A DNA stretch of 63,625 bases, the filler included, from Nemertoderma westbladi (taxonomy: Eukaryota > Animalia > Xenacoelomorpha), in NCBI GenBank assembly GCA_032718475.1. It is 3 parts of 3 records of this genome, joined end to end, with 100 filler letters (N's around TTAATTAATTAA, not from the genome) between each part and the next. Parts side by side here need not be neighbours in the genome. Positions count along the whole stretch, not along the records: positions 13,691 to 42,150 come from JAUCBJ010005114.1; positions 42,251 to 63,625 come from JAUCBJ010008758.1; 1 more part is not named here. The stretch is one strand, 5' to 3'. The notes under the pieces were generated by a model, which searched no databases, was not told the DNA's origin, and saw only the letters and a program-made list of their open reading frames with translations. The position numbers were made by a program, and so were the translations under genes. Positions within the stretch are counted from its first letter, which is position 1. Each line of letters starts with the position of its first letter. Positions 36,985 to 48,440 of this stretch are shown piece after piece.

Positions 36985-39810
36985 TTAAATGATAGTAACT
37001 TCATTGCCTTCGTTAATGATTTTTATTTTTTTCGCGGCGCTGTTACTGTCCGTCTCCTCACAATGATTGACATCCTCGGTAACCAGCCGCCCATTACTGA
37101 ATATATTCCTACCTTTCGTACGAAGACGCACCTCTTTCCATCTCTCGATGTTGTCGAGGACGGCCTGATAGGATTCCTCGCAACCCGGTAACAGCTGCTT
37201 AACCAAACCGAAGATCGGCAACGGAACGTTATAGATGAATTCGATTTGCTGGTCGGGTATGTTCGCGGTCTCCCTGTCCATCAACGGCTGCGGCTTACTC
37301 CCGACGGCCTTCTCCAGATCGCCCTGTTTGAAGAACTCCTGGTACAACATCTCCGCGGTGCGCTTCGTGCAATCCCATTCCTTCGCGGAGTCGCTCAGAT
37401 CGCAAGAAGACATGAGTAGACACAGAAGATTCCGTCTTTCCGCCGGGTTGCTCCTGTCGTAACCGCGTTTAGCCATCTCGTGGAATTCGGGAAGCAACTT
37501 AAAGTGATGCGCTAAATCAGTGGCTAAAATAATGAGTTTCATTAGATCCAGAGTTTCTTCGTATTGCGTCTCCGCAAAGTTCTCGAATATGTTACAACCC
37601 TCGGTGTTGATGATACAAACAGTTTGCTGGAAGTGGTGGCGTTCTAGAACGCTACCCTGCGACGAGTATAGACTAGCTAGGGTGGTGTTGGATGACACTT
37701 GGAAGGCGTTGTTTGTGCCCCTGTGATCCAGGTCGTGGCACAGACAGGAGACGAACAAAGCGAGAACCTCTAACTCGTTCAGCATGGGAAGCCCTTTAGT
37801 CGCGGTGTAGAGTAGGTAACAGAAATGGGCCACGGAAAAGGCGTGGCCCCAGTTATGGTACGGCGTGTCGCGGTAACCTTTCCGCACCATCAAACAGAAA
37901 CGAATCAGAGTTATCTTACGGATGCGATATTTAGTGATTAATCCCATTTCTTGGAACATCGAAAGAGTCGCCGAGACCGAATCGGAGTCTGGAAACATTC
38001 GCGCTGGAAATTTAAATAAAGAAAACTCGGGATTATCTTTCGCTATGCAAGGAATCGGTGTTTCGTTGAGTTTTGCCACCTCCTCTGTAGTCACTTGGGA
38101 CATGTGGTACATCATTAGTTCGTTGGCGAGTTTGCTGCGTTGCTGGGAGTCTTTAGTCTTCTTGTAGAGGAGACTGTGGACGATGCTGAGGCCGCAGTAG
38201 ATAGAGAAGTTCTCCGCAACTACCATATCGTTGGTGGTGAAATGCGGCCCGTTGTACTTGTTGCACAGTTGGGCGACGCCAACCACTCGCTCGTTCTCGT
38301 CCTTGATCGGGAAGCACAAAATATTCCGGGTTTTGAAGCCGGTTGCCGCGTCCAACCCCCGGTAGAACAGCGGGTGCGAGTAAACATCCCGGATGTTTAA
38401 CGTCTTCCCGGTGCCGGCGACGTGACCCGCGATCCCCTGGCTGATCGGGATGCGAATCTCGCCCACCGGGCTGTTCTGCCCGGCTGTAATCCCGTCAAAC
38501 ACAGTAGCTACTAATTGATCTCCTTCGACAAGAAATAAACTGCATCTTTCCGCCACGGTTAGATCCCGAGCGGCTTCCATAATCTCTTTGAGAAGATTCG
38601 TAACATCTTCCATTTGAAGGAACAACTTCTTAGTGATGTTGAGTAACCGGCTGCTCTCCATTTTCAAGCGTTCCTCTTTTTGGAACATGAGTGTGCTGGT
38701 GAGAACGGAAGTCGTGTACCTGAAACAATGCCTCACCTCCTTCTCGTCCTCGATACTGTACTGGGGGGCCCCGATCTTATTGCAGAGACACGCGATCGCG
38801 ATTATATTGCGAACCTGGAGTTTCGCGTGCACCGGTACGCACAGCATCGTGGTGACCTCGACGCCGAACGTCTGCGCGACGATCTCCCTGTCGGCCAGAC
38901 TGACATCGGCGAGGGTGGCCGTGCGGCCCGAGTCTAGAATTCGGCTGAACGAGGTCTCGTTCACGCCGAGACGCAACTCGTGCGGTAAGGGAGTCTCGCT
39001 AAGGCTGACGCACTGACATACCAGTTCGGAATCCCCAACTAGAAGGAGAAAACATAATTCACTGTCTGTTTGATCCTGTAAGTATTTAAGCACTTTAATT
39101 TGCAAAGTAGTCGCGTCTTTATCGAATAAATCCTCGCAGAGTCTGAGAATAGCTAAATCAGCGGAATCACGACGGACGTTAGCCCTGAGTTTCATCACCT
39201 CGACCTGCTGAATCCTCCTGTAGGCGACGGCCCCGTGTTTCTCGATCAGCGTTAGATTTTGTTCTTCTATTGCGTTTAATTCGCCGCAGACAGCGGCGAT
39301 TAGCGCGACAACTTCGTCGGATTCCCCGTCGGTTACCGGCGAGCAGAGAACGCCGCCTTCGTCGCGGCGACGAGGGTCGCTGTCCCGTCGAAGCAACGAG
39401 ACGAGGGGATCGCTCGCCTCGGAACCGGCGGAAAGATAACGCCGACCCTGACCCACGCAGGTGTCGCCCTTATTGTTGCTAGGGAACGTGATTTGCGTCT
39501 TGGGGTCTCGCATGCGGACCCCCTTGTAGACGTGGGTCTGGCTAGTCTTATCCAGGATGAGCACCATAACGTCGACAACGTTGGGGAGTATTTGCGAGGC
39601 GGCCTTTAGGAGGACATTCCCTAAATCGGTTACGTCCAACGTGCTCCCCAGCCGCAGGGCTGATTCCTGAGCGATCGGGGTCATCTGATCAGCGGTCAAC
39701 CGAGGCAGGCCGCTATTATTGGAGGACAATATCTTACTCCTGCGTTCTTTCAACCAAGCCCAGTTGAATCGACCACGATTAGGTCTGGCAGATGATCCCT
39801 TTTTAAACAT
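36985..39810 (-). CDS. PDE2A: cGMP-stimulated 3',5'-cyclic nucleotide phosphodiesterase 2 (GAF-A, GAF-B, PDEase), uninterrupted ORF
   Basis: 941 aa. Second GAF domain AERCSLFL...GIAGHVA...TGFKTRNILCFPIK. Catalytic motifs YHNWGHAFSVAHF, CHDLDHRGTNN, LERHH, ILATDLAHH, SCDLSD and EFFKQGDLEK match the PDE2 subtype. Confidence 0.93.
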   Translation of the reverse strand: MFKKGSSARPNRGRFNWAWLKERRSKILSSNNSGLPRLTADQMTPIAQESALRLGSTLDVTDLGNVLLKAASQILPNVVDVMVLILDKTSQTHVYKGVRMRDPKTQITFPSNNKGDTCVGQGRRYLSAGSEASDPLVSLLRRDSDPRRRDEGGVLCSPVTDGESDEVVALIAAVCGELNAIEEQNLTLIEKHGAVAYRRIQQVEVMKLRANVRRDSADLAILRLCEDLFDKDATTLQIKVLKYLQDQTDSELCFLLLVGDSELVCQCVSLSETPLPHELRLGVNETSFSRILDSGRTATLADVSLADREIVAQTFGVEVTTMLCVPVHAKLQVRNIIAIACLCNKIGAPQYSIEDEKEVRHCFRYTTSVLTSTLMFQKEERLKMESSRLLNITKKLFLQMEDVTNLLKEIMEAARDLTVAERCSLFLVEGDQLVATVFDGITAGQNSPVGEIRIPISQGIAGHVAGTGKTLNIRDVYSHPLFYRGLDAATGFKTRNILCFPIKDENERVVGVAQLCNKYNGPHFTTNDMVVAENFSIYCGLSIVHSLLYKKTKDSQQRSKLANELMMYHMSQVTTEEVAKLNETPIPCIAKDNPEFSLFKFPARMFPDSDSVSATLSMFQEMGLITKYRIRKITLIRFCLMVRKGYRDTPYHNWGHAFSVAHFCYLLYTATKGLPMLNELEVLALFVSCLCHDLDHRGTNNAFQVSSNTTLASLYSSQGSVLERHHFQQTVCIINTEGCNIFENFAETQYEETLDLMKLIILATDLAHHFKLLPEFHEMAKRGYDRSNPAERRNLLCLLMSSCDLSDSAKEWDCTKRTAEMLYQEFFKQGDLEKAVGSKPQPLMDRETANIPDQQIEFIYNVPLPIFGLVKQLLPGCEESYQAVLDNIERWKEVRLRTKGRNIFSNGRLVTEDVNHCEETDSNSAAKKIKIINEGNEVTII

Positions 39811-42150
39811 CTATCTATATACATAAAATTGATCAACAAATAATATATGACTTGACACCTCCGGAGCCAACTCTATATACGAAATAGCTCAGCCACGCTC
39901 TAAATAATAAAACTAAGAATTGCTGAAGACAATAGGATTCAGTTTGGCGAAAGTAATTCAATTAATTCATAAGAGAACGTAAGCTATTATCGATAAATCT
40001 TAAGCCAAGTTGCCGCTTATAATATTAACTTTGTTCTACCACTATCAATATTGTTTAACCAATAGCAATTGTTAATTGGCAGTGTGTGTAGAAATAGGCT
40101 TGTCAAATATATGCCATAATATTGCATTATATGAAGTAAGTATCCTGGTAAATCTCTTCCTCACAGTGCGCTGTTGTGCCTGTGTTTGCTGTTGATGCGA
40201 GTGAATGAACTCTGGTTGATTGGATGAGTATTTTAATATATTCGCTAATTCATGTTAGCCACCGCGAATGTTTTCGATCTTATCTCCACTCCATGGTTGC
40301 ATAAAAATCATTCATTTCTGCCAACATACCATTAGCTCAGCAATTACAGTTTATTGTTGACTTCACAGCTAAATTAGAGACTTCCAGCTAGATTATTTCT
40401 TCAGAGATGAATTAATAAAATAATCCATTATTACTATGATAGAAATTAGTGAAGAATGGCTAAGTGATAGGCACTCAGAATGTAGGCCAACCCGAACAAA
40501 AGCGACATAAATGAGCCGTGGGAGCTGTGCTACGGTTACGTGAGTGACAAGCCAACTAAAGTTATATTACAACAAATCAATGTAAATAATTATGATTACA
40601 CTACCAGCAGGCCTACTAATAAAGCCCGTTCAAATAACGAAAGTAAATAACACACAATGTAAATTATATGGAAAAATGTTTGACAGCGCCCCTTATGTTG
40701 TAGTAAAATATTTGAAAGCTACCTAGTAAATACTGATTAAACGTATTGCTTCGAGTGTATACCAATTAGGTATTGTAGTCGTATATCTGACCAAGTGAAT
40801 AAATCATCAGATCAGTAAGTATATAAATGATTGTATTATCAAACCCAGGCGTGATATTTTGGTACTAATGGGGTAAAATTGATTCAAGGCCGTGTGAGTA
40901 GTGTGATGTGAGGCTGGGAGTGCGGGACAGGCAGCTTACATAGAAGCAGCTTCCTGTAAGCTGCTGCTGCCTGGTTGTCAGAGCTGGTTCTCAGATCACG
41001 GCGTCCAATCAATGCACCGGGACTTGTGTCGATCAGCCTGCCAGGCAACTTAATTTCAAAGGAGTAGAGTTATTGAATCTGGATGTGGAATATCTCACCA
41101 TGTTAGTTCCCGCTTGTGCTATATTTAACGAGTAAGATAGTTGGGTATCTGAGCAGGTGCACGTCATAGGACCGGTGTGTACTGGTGGGTAACACAGGCA
41201 AAACTATGCATTACTGTGAAAACAATACCTTTTTGGACACCTTTACCTGAAGGGGGAGAGTGGAGACAAATGATTTCCGATTTAGGCACGGCATATCTAA
41301 GCATTACTGTAAATAGAGTCTTTCCTCTTTATGTTTGCATAGTTTTCTAGAGGCAAACACCCTAATCTGAAATTTGATATGCGAATTAAATATAAATTCG
41401 TTTACTCAAGGTTGACAGGGAAGTGAAGTATGGTTAGAGGATAATACAGACAGCAACTTATGCTCTCGATTTCATTTATTGATTTGAGAAAAAAATCCTT
41501 AGATTTACTCATTAAATGAGCTACTGTTTTCCTCTATACTTATGTGGGGGGGGGGGGGGGGGGGGGGGGTTGGGTGTGCGGGTGTGGGAGGGCAGCATGC
41601 ACACTCCATGCCCAATACACTATCGATCTTGACACTGGCAATGTAGGCCTATGCTATGCTGTATTATATATAATTCAACCTGACTGCCTGAAGTAAGGAG
41701 CAAGAACCATAAGAAACCTTAAATAATTGCAGAATTGATTCTGTAAATAAATAATTGATTAAATTAAATTCTGAATAATTGAGATGGAGCTGATCCTGAT
41801 AGTTAATGGAAATGAAAGAAGTTGGAATATCTGCCTCAGTTCGGTATGACAACCAGACAGCACGACAGCCAGACAGCACATGGAAGGCCCCCTCCCCATA
41901 TAGAATATATGAGACACTATAGCACTACTGCCAGATTGTTGTACTGTGAATGGAATGCTAGTTAAAACTGTTGTTTATTTATTTATTTTTTTGTCACTTG
42001 AGGTCTCCCTGAACTGAAATACATAATATTAGTACTCAATTATCACTAATCAATAATAATTACTGTTTTTTTTTATCATAAACTAGGAGCGAATATTTAT
42101 AAACAGATAAATCAAAGAACAGTGACAGTAATATAATAGTAAATTCTTGA

Positions 42151-42250
42151 NNNNNNNNNNNNNNNNNNNNNNNNNNNNNNNNNNNNNNNNNNNNTTAATT
42201 AATTAANNNNNNNNNNNNNNNNNNNNNNNNNNNNNNNNNNNNNNNNNNNN
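42151..42250. other. Artificial contig linker N44-TTAATTAATTAA-N44
   Basis: Identical to 13591-13690. Confidence 0.97.
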
Positions 42251-43724
42251 GAATCCCAAGTCAATTTATTTATGTATACTACCGGTATATCTACTCTATG
42301 TAAACACACCATATATACAACAGTACAGTATATATATAAACTTAGATATTACCAGCAACAGTAAAAAATTAACCCTTATATTTTTTTTAATATATATCTC
42401 ACTTTAAAGGTACTGTAAGTAAAATCAGACCACACAGAAAGGTGGCGAATGAGGATCGCACTTTCTCCAATTAATATCAATTACAGGTAACTGGTATTAA
42501 TTGAAAAATCTAACTTTCCTTTAATGTCAAAGTCGGTGACTGTTAGACAGTTAATAAAGAACCTGACACCCGACTTTCTCGGTACGACGTGACTGACAGG
42601 TCGAATTCCGGGGTGGATAGGGGACATTCGCACACTTATTTTAAACTATCTTACACAAAAGGGTCATAAGGGGGCAGCTTAGGGCTTTACGGTAGAGCTA
42701 CAAGACACCAAGCAGGGTAAACCTATTAATGTGGTTTGAAACTCACTTTGTTTGTTTAACTGGCCTCCGCTGTGTAGCACCGTTCACAATAATAACCAAC
42801 ACAAACAGGCCCGACAATCAGTACGATTGTGGGTGTACTTTATATCGTAATATAATGATCCCAGAAACCCAATAGGTGGGTTATCTGTATCGTGAAAGAT
42901 AACACGTTAAAGGAAAGTATGGCTCCCTATGCCGTTATGTCAGGCGAATAGGCAAGGCCGAATGAAATAGAGTTTGTTGAGCTATCGGTGGTTGCCGTTG
43001 GGGCCAAGGGGGGCCACCAACCATCCAGACGCACCGACCGTGACCGCGACCGGATAACTCACGCGGACGGTAAACTGCTCGGTTGAGGAAAAGCACCAGG
43101 CAAGACTGGGTCGCCTCGTACAGCACAGCGAGTACTAGGTAGCCACTGACTGAATATAAATATGAAATATATCTAAATATAAATAAGTTCAAATATGTTT
43201 AGTACGGTATTATCAATGTAGAGGTACAACCTGACTACATGAAAGCAACACTATTACATGAAAGCTGAGGTACCACCTGACCGCAATAATTCCTTAACTA
43301 CCGTTACAAGGCATTCAATGGTAGGGCCAGAACAGCTGATCATAACTATTAGCACCTTGTACTGTACCAATAGAAAGTAGGAAATGTGGGAGCTACTATC
43401 TACAGAGATTGGCAGTCAATTATTATCAGATAATAAACAAAGTAATCAGGGCGAGGCCCATTATTACCATCCCAGTTTAACATAATTAACAAAAAGTAAT
43501 TTGTTGAGCACTGGTGCACAATCCGCAGTTGAGGAACTGCACAGGAATGTTCACCGGTGCACAATCCGCACTAACTAAACGCCAAGCCTCAAATCCTGCC
43601 GCAGTCATGGAACAGCACATGGTTGTTTTTCACCGGTGCACAATCCGCAGTAACAAAGAACCAGTGGTTTCGGAGCCGCAGCTACTGTAAAGTGTTAATA
43701 GAATTAACTAATTAATTAATAGAA

Positions 43725-43978
43725 TTCAATTATCCTTCTAAGTGCCAAAATGGGCTCCATGGTCCCACGACCTTTACGGAACCCATTCTGATTTCCACGG
43801 AGCAGTCTCTCAATGGGATCCCTGATGCGATTTAATAGAATCCTATTGTATAGCTTTGCAGCAATCGAAATCAATGAGATTCCCCGAAAAGAACCATAGA
43901 GTGTTAGGTTGCCCTTCTCGGGAACTGGTACCAACTTATTTGTATTCATTTCTTGTGGGACTCTTGTCTTTCTGTACA
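43725..43978 (-). mobile_element. LINE family B fragment
   Basis: Near-identical peptide to 25138-25390. Confidence 0.9.
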
Positions 43979-44858
43979 AATGAAATTATTATAAATTACC
44001 ATTTGATATCGATATCAATATGATAATAATATAATTGCTACAGTAATAATAAATAGTACACCAAAATTAGGTTGTGATTCCCTCCAAGTTAATTTGTGGG
44101 CCGAAAACCTACAAGTTTAAAATGCACAGCATTTTACCGAAGTATAAAAATCTAAATCCCAGCTAGCTATTTAAGAATAAGTAGGCCCCTGTATCATATT
44201 ACATCATTGTGGAATTTCTAGCGTTATACAGTAACACTGACAGGATTTAATAAGATACGAAATCAGTTTTATAACGTAAAATTTTTTCTCTTCGAATTTC
44301 GTATCGTAACAAAGAAATTGTCTTTCGTGTCTTATATAATAGAGTAGGTGATCAATTTTCGTATTTAATCTTATTTTCGTATCAAAATGTTTTCCAAGTA
44401 CTTAAAATATTTGCAAGTTTTTCAGCGTTGTTTCAGGACTACAGTATGTTCAGTTCACTCCCACAATATATTCGGCTTTTAAATCAACCAAATATCTACA
44501 TGAATTTGTGCACAAAAGATCGATTCCACAATGAACAAGTGTTAATCCGAAAGGCTCTAGTTTTAAAAATTGCAGACGTTTAATATATGAAATGTTTTGG
44601 TGTTAATAGCTCCTTCGAAATAATCGACTTTTAAAAAAATCTTTGGGATCTCGGACACATACATGTTGTAAAATGTTCTACAGTATAAAATATTGGTTTA
44701 TAAATATAACGGTACTGCAGTTCTGTATGGATAATATTAATTACCATTCAAAACAAAAATTATAATCTTTAATCTTATATTTCAGTTTATAATCTCATTT
44801 TCATAGTATAATAATAATTTAATATAAATAAACACAAATATATTTAATATCCTTTTAC

Positions 44859-45168
44859 CTTTGCTAATGGCGAATCCATGTTTAAAGGCCTCCAATAATG
44901 TGGTTACACCTGGTATATTAGTGGGGAGAATCGGTTGATCTGGGGTAGTGTAGGGGGATGTGTGCACCCGACCTTCTAGAATATTCGGAGGCTTTAAGGT
45001 ATCTGATTGGTCGACTTGAGTGGTAGTCATGGCGACGGAGAGAAGTACAATACACAGGAGTAGAATAAAAATAACTCCAGGTACAGGGTTTATATCAATG
45101 AAAGTTGTGGATACTGCAGAAGATATCGCGAAAATAGTTATAATAACACAAATGTGGTTGTCTCGCAT
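44859..45168 (-). CDS. Probable first coding exon of a long-chain acyl-CoA synthetase (ACSL1/5/6-like)
   Basis: Hydrophobic N-terminal anchor, then DQS...GVTTLLEAFKHGFAISK (compare T.YE.F.RGL.VS in ACSL1/5), ending at an AG|gtaaaa donor. Downstream exons were not found in this segment. Confidence 0.6.
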
Positions 45169-45199
45169 TTTATTTCTACTGTACTAGAATATAATATAT

Positions 45200-46689
45200 G
45201 GATGATGGTGTTATGCAAAAGTGTGTTAAGCCACAAAAGTTCAATTTGAGATAATCGATGTCAAAGTTTTTAACATCCTGTGTGATCGTTGTTGTATTAT
45301 CCAGATACATACTGTTGTGTTTTTATAAGAAAACATTTATGGAAATTAAAGTATTTTTCAAGTTAGTTTGCTAGAATATAGCATTTTCTCCAAAATATTG
45401 ATGAAAATGTGGCTTAACACTTTTGGAAAACTTCATATTTGGCAAAACTTAAATTGTCAAAAGGTGTTATGCTTGCAAAAAGATGTCAAAAGATGTCAAG
45501 CCACACAATTATTATCATCGTCATCGTCCCGGGTTTAATAGTGAAAACATTAGTGACAGCCCTAACTGATCTACCAAAGCCAATAGGAAAAGAGTAATTA
45601 ATCATCCAATCGTAGCTCACTTGTTCCACTAATGGCTCCACCCTCCTATCAACCTTCATCTACATTTAACTTTATTACAGTCTAATAGACTCCACTGTCA
45701 TCGTCCCGGGTTTAATAAACTCCGTCGCCATCGTTCCGGGTTTAATAAGCTCCGCCAGTCCGCCGTCACCGTCCCAGGTTTAATAGACTCCGCTGCCATC
45801 GTCCCGGGTTTAGTAGACTATGTCGCCATCGTCCCGGGTTGCGATCGATACAGGGTTTCAATTTAATAGACTCCGTCGCCTTCTTCCTGATCCCGCAGTC
45901 CGGGTTTCACGGCTGATCAACATCGTTCCGCTGTTCAGTGTTTTTAATAAACGCCAGAAATCTGGCACTTCTATTTCTCTATTTAATTATTTAAATTTAT
46001 TATATGCAATATTTATTTATTTATCGGTAGCCTACCGGTACTGTATCTGTATTTAATGAATTGCAATTTATTAAATTATGAATTACATTTCTGCATTTGT
46101 TATATAGGCTAGGCCTATACTACTGTACCGTGTGTAAAATTGTACTCTGGCTTCCGGTACTGTCATTCATTGCAGCATTGAATACAACTACCGGTACGCA
46201 AAATACTGCAATCTATAAAGACTATATAACTGTATAAACCCAGATACCTGCTACCGGTAGGCCTACCGGTAAAAGGAGTACAGCAGTGTTTGATGTGAAG
46301 CAAGTAATCTTAATTTAGCGACATCTTATAAGCAACTAAATTTACAATGTATGAAAAGACCAAATGAAATTCAATATTAATTTTCACCTGTCTGCATGGA
46401 TGGTTGTTTTTAGGTTATCTTTCCTTTGGCGGTCCAGTTCGGTCCAGTTCTCCACACTTTCGATCCAGTTCGGTACAGTTCGGTACAGATTCGTGTACAG
46501 TACTCCCTCTTTGACTAATAACAAATCCGGACTGTGGCTTAACTTTTTTGTATTTTTAAGGCATTTCTTCGTATTATTGGGCAATGTGATCTCATAAATT
46601 AGGTAGATTACACTTTCCTCTATCGAAGGATACAAAAAAACACAATTTCGACAAAATGTGGGATAACACCCTTTTGCATAACACCGTCC
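45200..46689. mobile_element. Non-autonomous DNA transposon with about 32-bp TIRs and ATAT target duplication (Sola-like)
   Basis: Left gatggtgttatgcaaaagtgtgttaagccaca, right tgtgggataacacccttttgcataacaccgtc, with ATAT on both sides. Internal degenerate catcgtcccgggtttaata repeats at 45520-45880. Confidence 0.7.
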
Positions 46690-48139
46690 ATATGGAATTG
46701 CACTTTTTAAAACAGCGAGAAAGTACATGCAAAATAAACCACCACAACTCACATTCTAAATTGGAATTTAAAACCTCATTGTAAAATCTTTGTACTTGTA
46801 CTGTACAACTTCGATAACATATTGTTGGCAAAACCCAGAGCCACCAATCACTTTCCTGCCACAATAGGCCTATGTTCTAAGCAAAGCAAGCTAGGCTACC
46901 TACCATGTTGGGTCTAGGATTTTTAAGATTATGTTAAAGGAGTAACTTGAGTAACTTTTGTGATATTTTTTCAATTGAGGTAATTAATTATGTTTGTTGG
47001 AAAGATAAACAATACGTGAGAAATTTAATAATTAGAAATCTCAATAAATGTAAGATGTTGTTTATTTTAAGAAAATACATACCATGTTTATAATTCTTAA
47101 GCTACTTGTTAACTTAACATTACATACCGTTATTAAAATGTTACAATAATGTTTTTACATATAAGTCACTTTTCGCAACTGTAATATAAATATTTATTTG
47201 GTTGTATATTATGTTTACTTCTACTTATTAGTGTTTTTCCCTCGTGGTTCTCTACATAGATTCAGTTAGGACCGCTGTTAGAACTGCAGTAGGTAGGAAA
47301 GGCAACTTAATATTGCCTGTTTTCTGTCCGGTAAAAGTGTGATAATTATGCAAATAAGTGTATCAGGAGACAGTAGTGGCTGAACGTACTTACTGAGGGA
47401 GTCCCAGTAGTGGGAAACGGTACCGAGAATAGGTGGTTCGACCCCCATTTCCGTCCTTCAAAATCAACATTATCACTTCAACTCCAATTAATTTAATGTT
47501 CAAAATTTCAAATTTGATATGCTAGATAATGCAGTTGCTAAAGAAGTTAAATAAAAATATATTTTTTTTAAACTTGAGCCAGTTATAGCTATTCTTTATT
47601 TTTTAAATAAAGTTAATTATTACCTAATAATTATATACATATTATATGCCATATATTTATCAGTACCTTTATTAGTATCAACATTCTGATGAGAAACACG
47701 TGTTGACACACGTGCTTTAGCACAATTGGGGTGTAATCTAGTTGCATAAATCCATATCCTATTGCAATGATTCTGTCCGTTAGTACCCTGTACCTGTATG
47801 TAAATTTTGAGAGTAATCAACATAATATAACAAAAGTATACCATCTCACATAATGTGTTCATATTCTGTTTTCATATTATGTATTTTCATTATATATTTT
47901 ATTTATTATAATTATTATGATTATAATGTAGGCCTATCTATATATTATAATCATCATAATTTATTATCGGGAAGACTTATAGCTACACAAGGCTTTGTGT
48001 AGTAGCTACATACGTGTGGGTGTAACAACTACACAAGATTGTGAACCAGGCTTTACAGTAGTACAGTATTCTATGGAATTTCTGGACGTCTATTGCTTAG
48101 AATTACTACCTTGGCATGGCACCGGTATTTGTTTTGTAG

Positions 48140-48440
48140 GGCGAGACATGTAGTCGGCAAGCCTTTGCATAGGCCTACGGTTCATATAGGGCAAATGGTG
48201 CATGCCCGTCTGTCTGTCCGTCCGTCTTTGTAAATGTTTCAAAGCGAATTTCTCGGAATTGCTGGTTCGGAATTGAACCAAACTTAGTAGGTAAAAGTAG
48301 TAGAGGGATAGTTTAGATCGGTGAAAAATCATTCAATCTGACGTCAGCTATGACAGATTATATGTGGTTTTTAGAAATAATGTTAAATTTCTCGGGAACG
48401 CCTCATTTTCCTGTTAAAATTTTGGCTGCTTGTAGAGAAT
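48140..48440 (+). mobile_element. Helentron-associated (HINE/DINE-1-like) non-autonomous fragment
   Basis: A ccgtctgtctgtccgtccgtc microsatellite followed by atttctcgg...accaaactt. Similar pieces occur near 13040-13240, 29100-29260 and 53090-53300. Confidence 0.45.

Noticed and set aside
37235-39578. Short ORFs overlapping PDE2
   Set aside because: They are antisense or alternate-frame shadows of a GC-rich coding region.
42403-43150. TTAA-AGG...CCT-TTAA motifs and a TGTTA-starting GC-richer block (Kolobok ends or solo LTR)
   Set aside because: Matching termini and target duplications could not be paired convincingly.
47667-47793. Minus-strand AG...GT block reading VLTDRIIAIGYGFMQLDYTP, faintly ACSL-like
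   Set aside because: It lies upstream of the putative first exon (wrong order) and lacks the following conserved residues.
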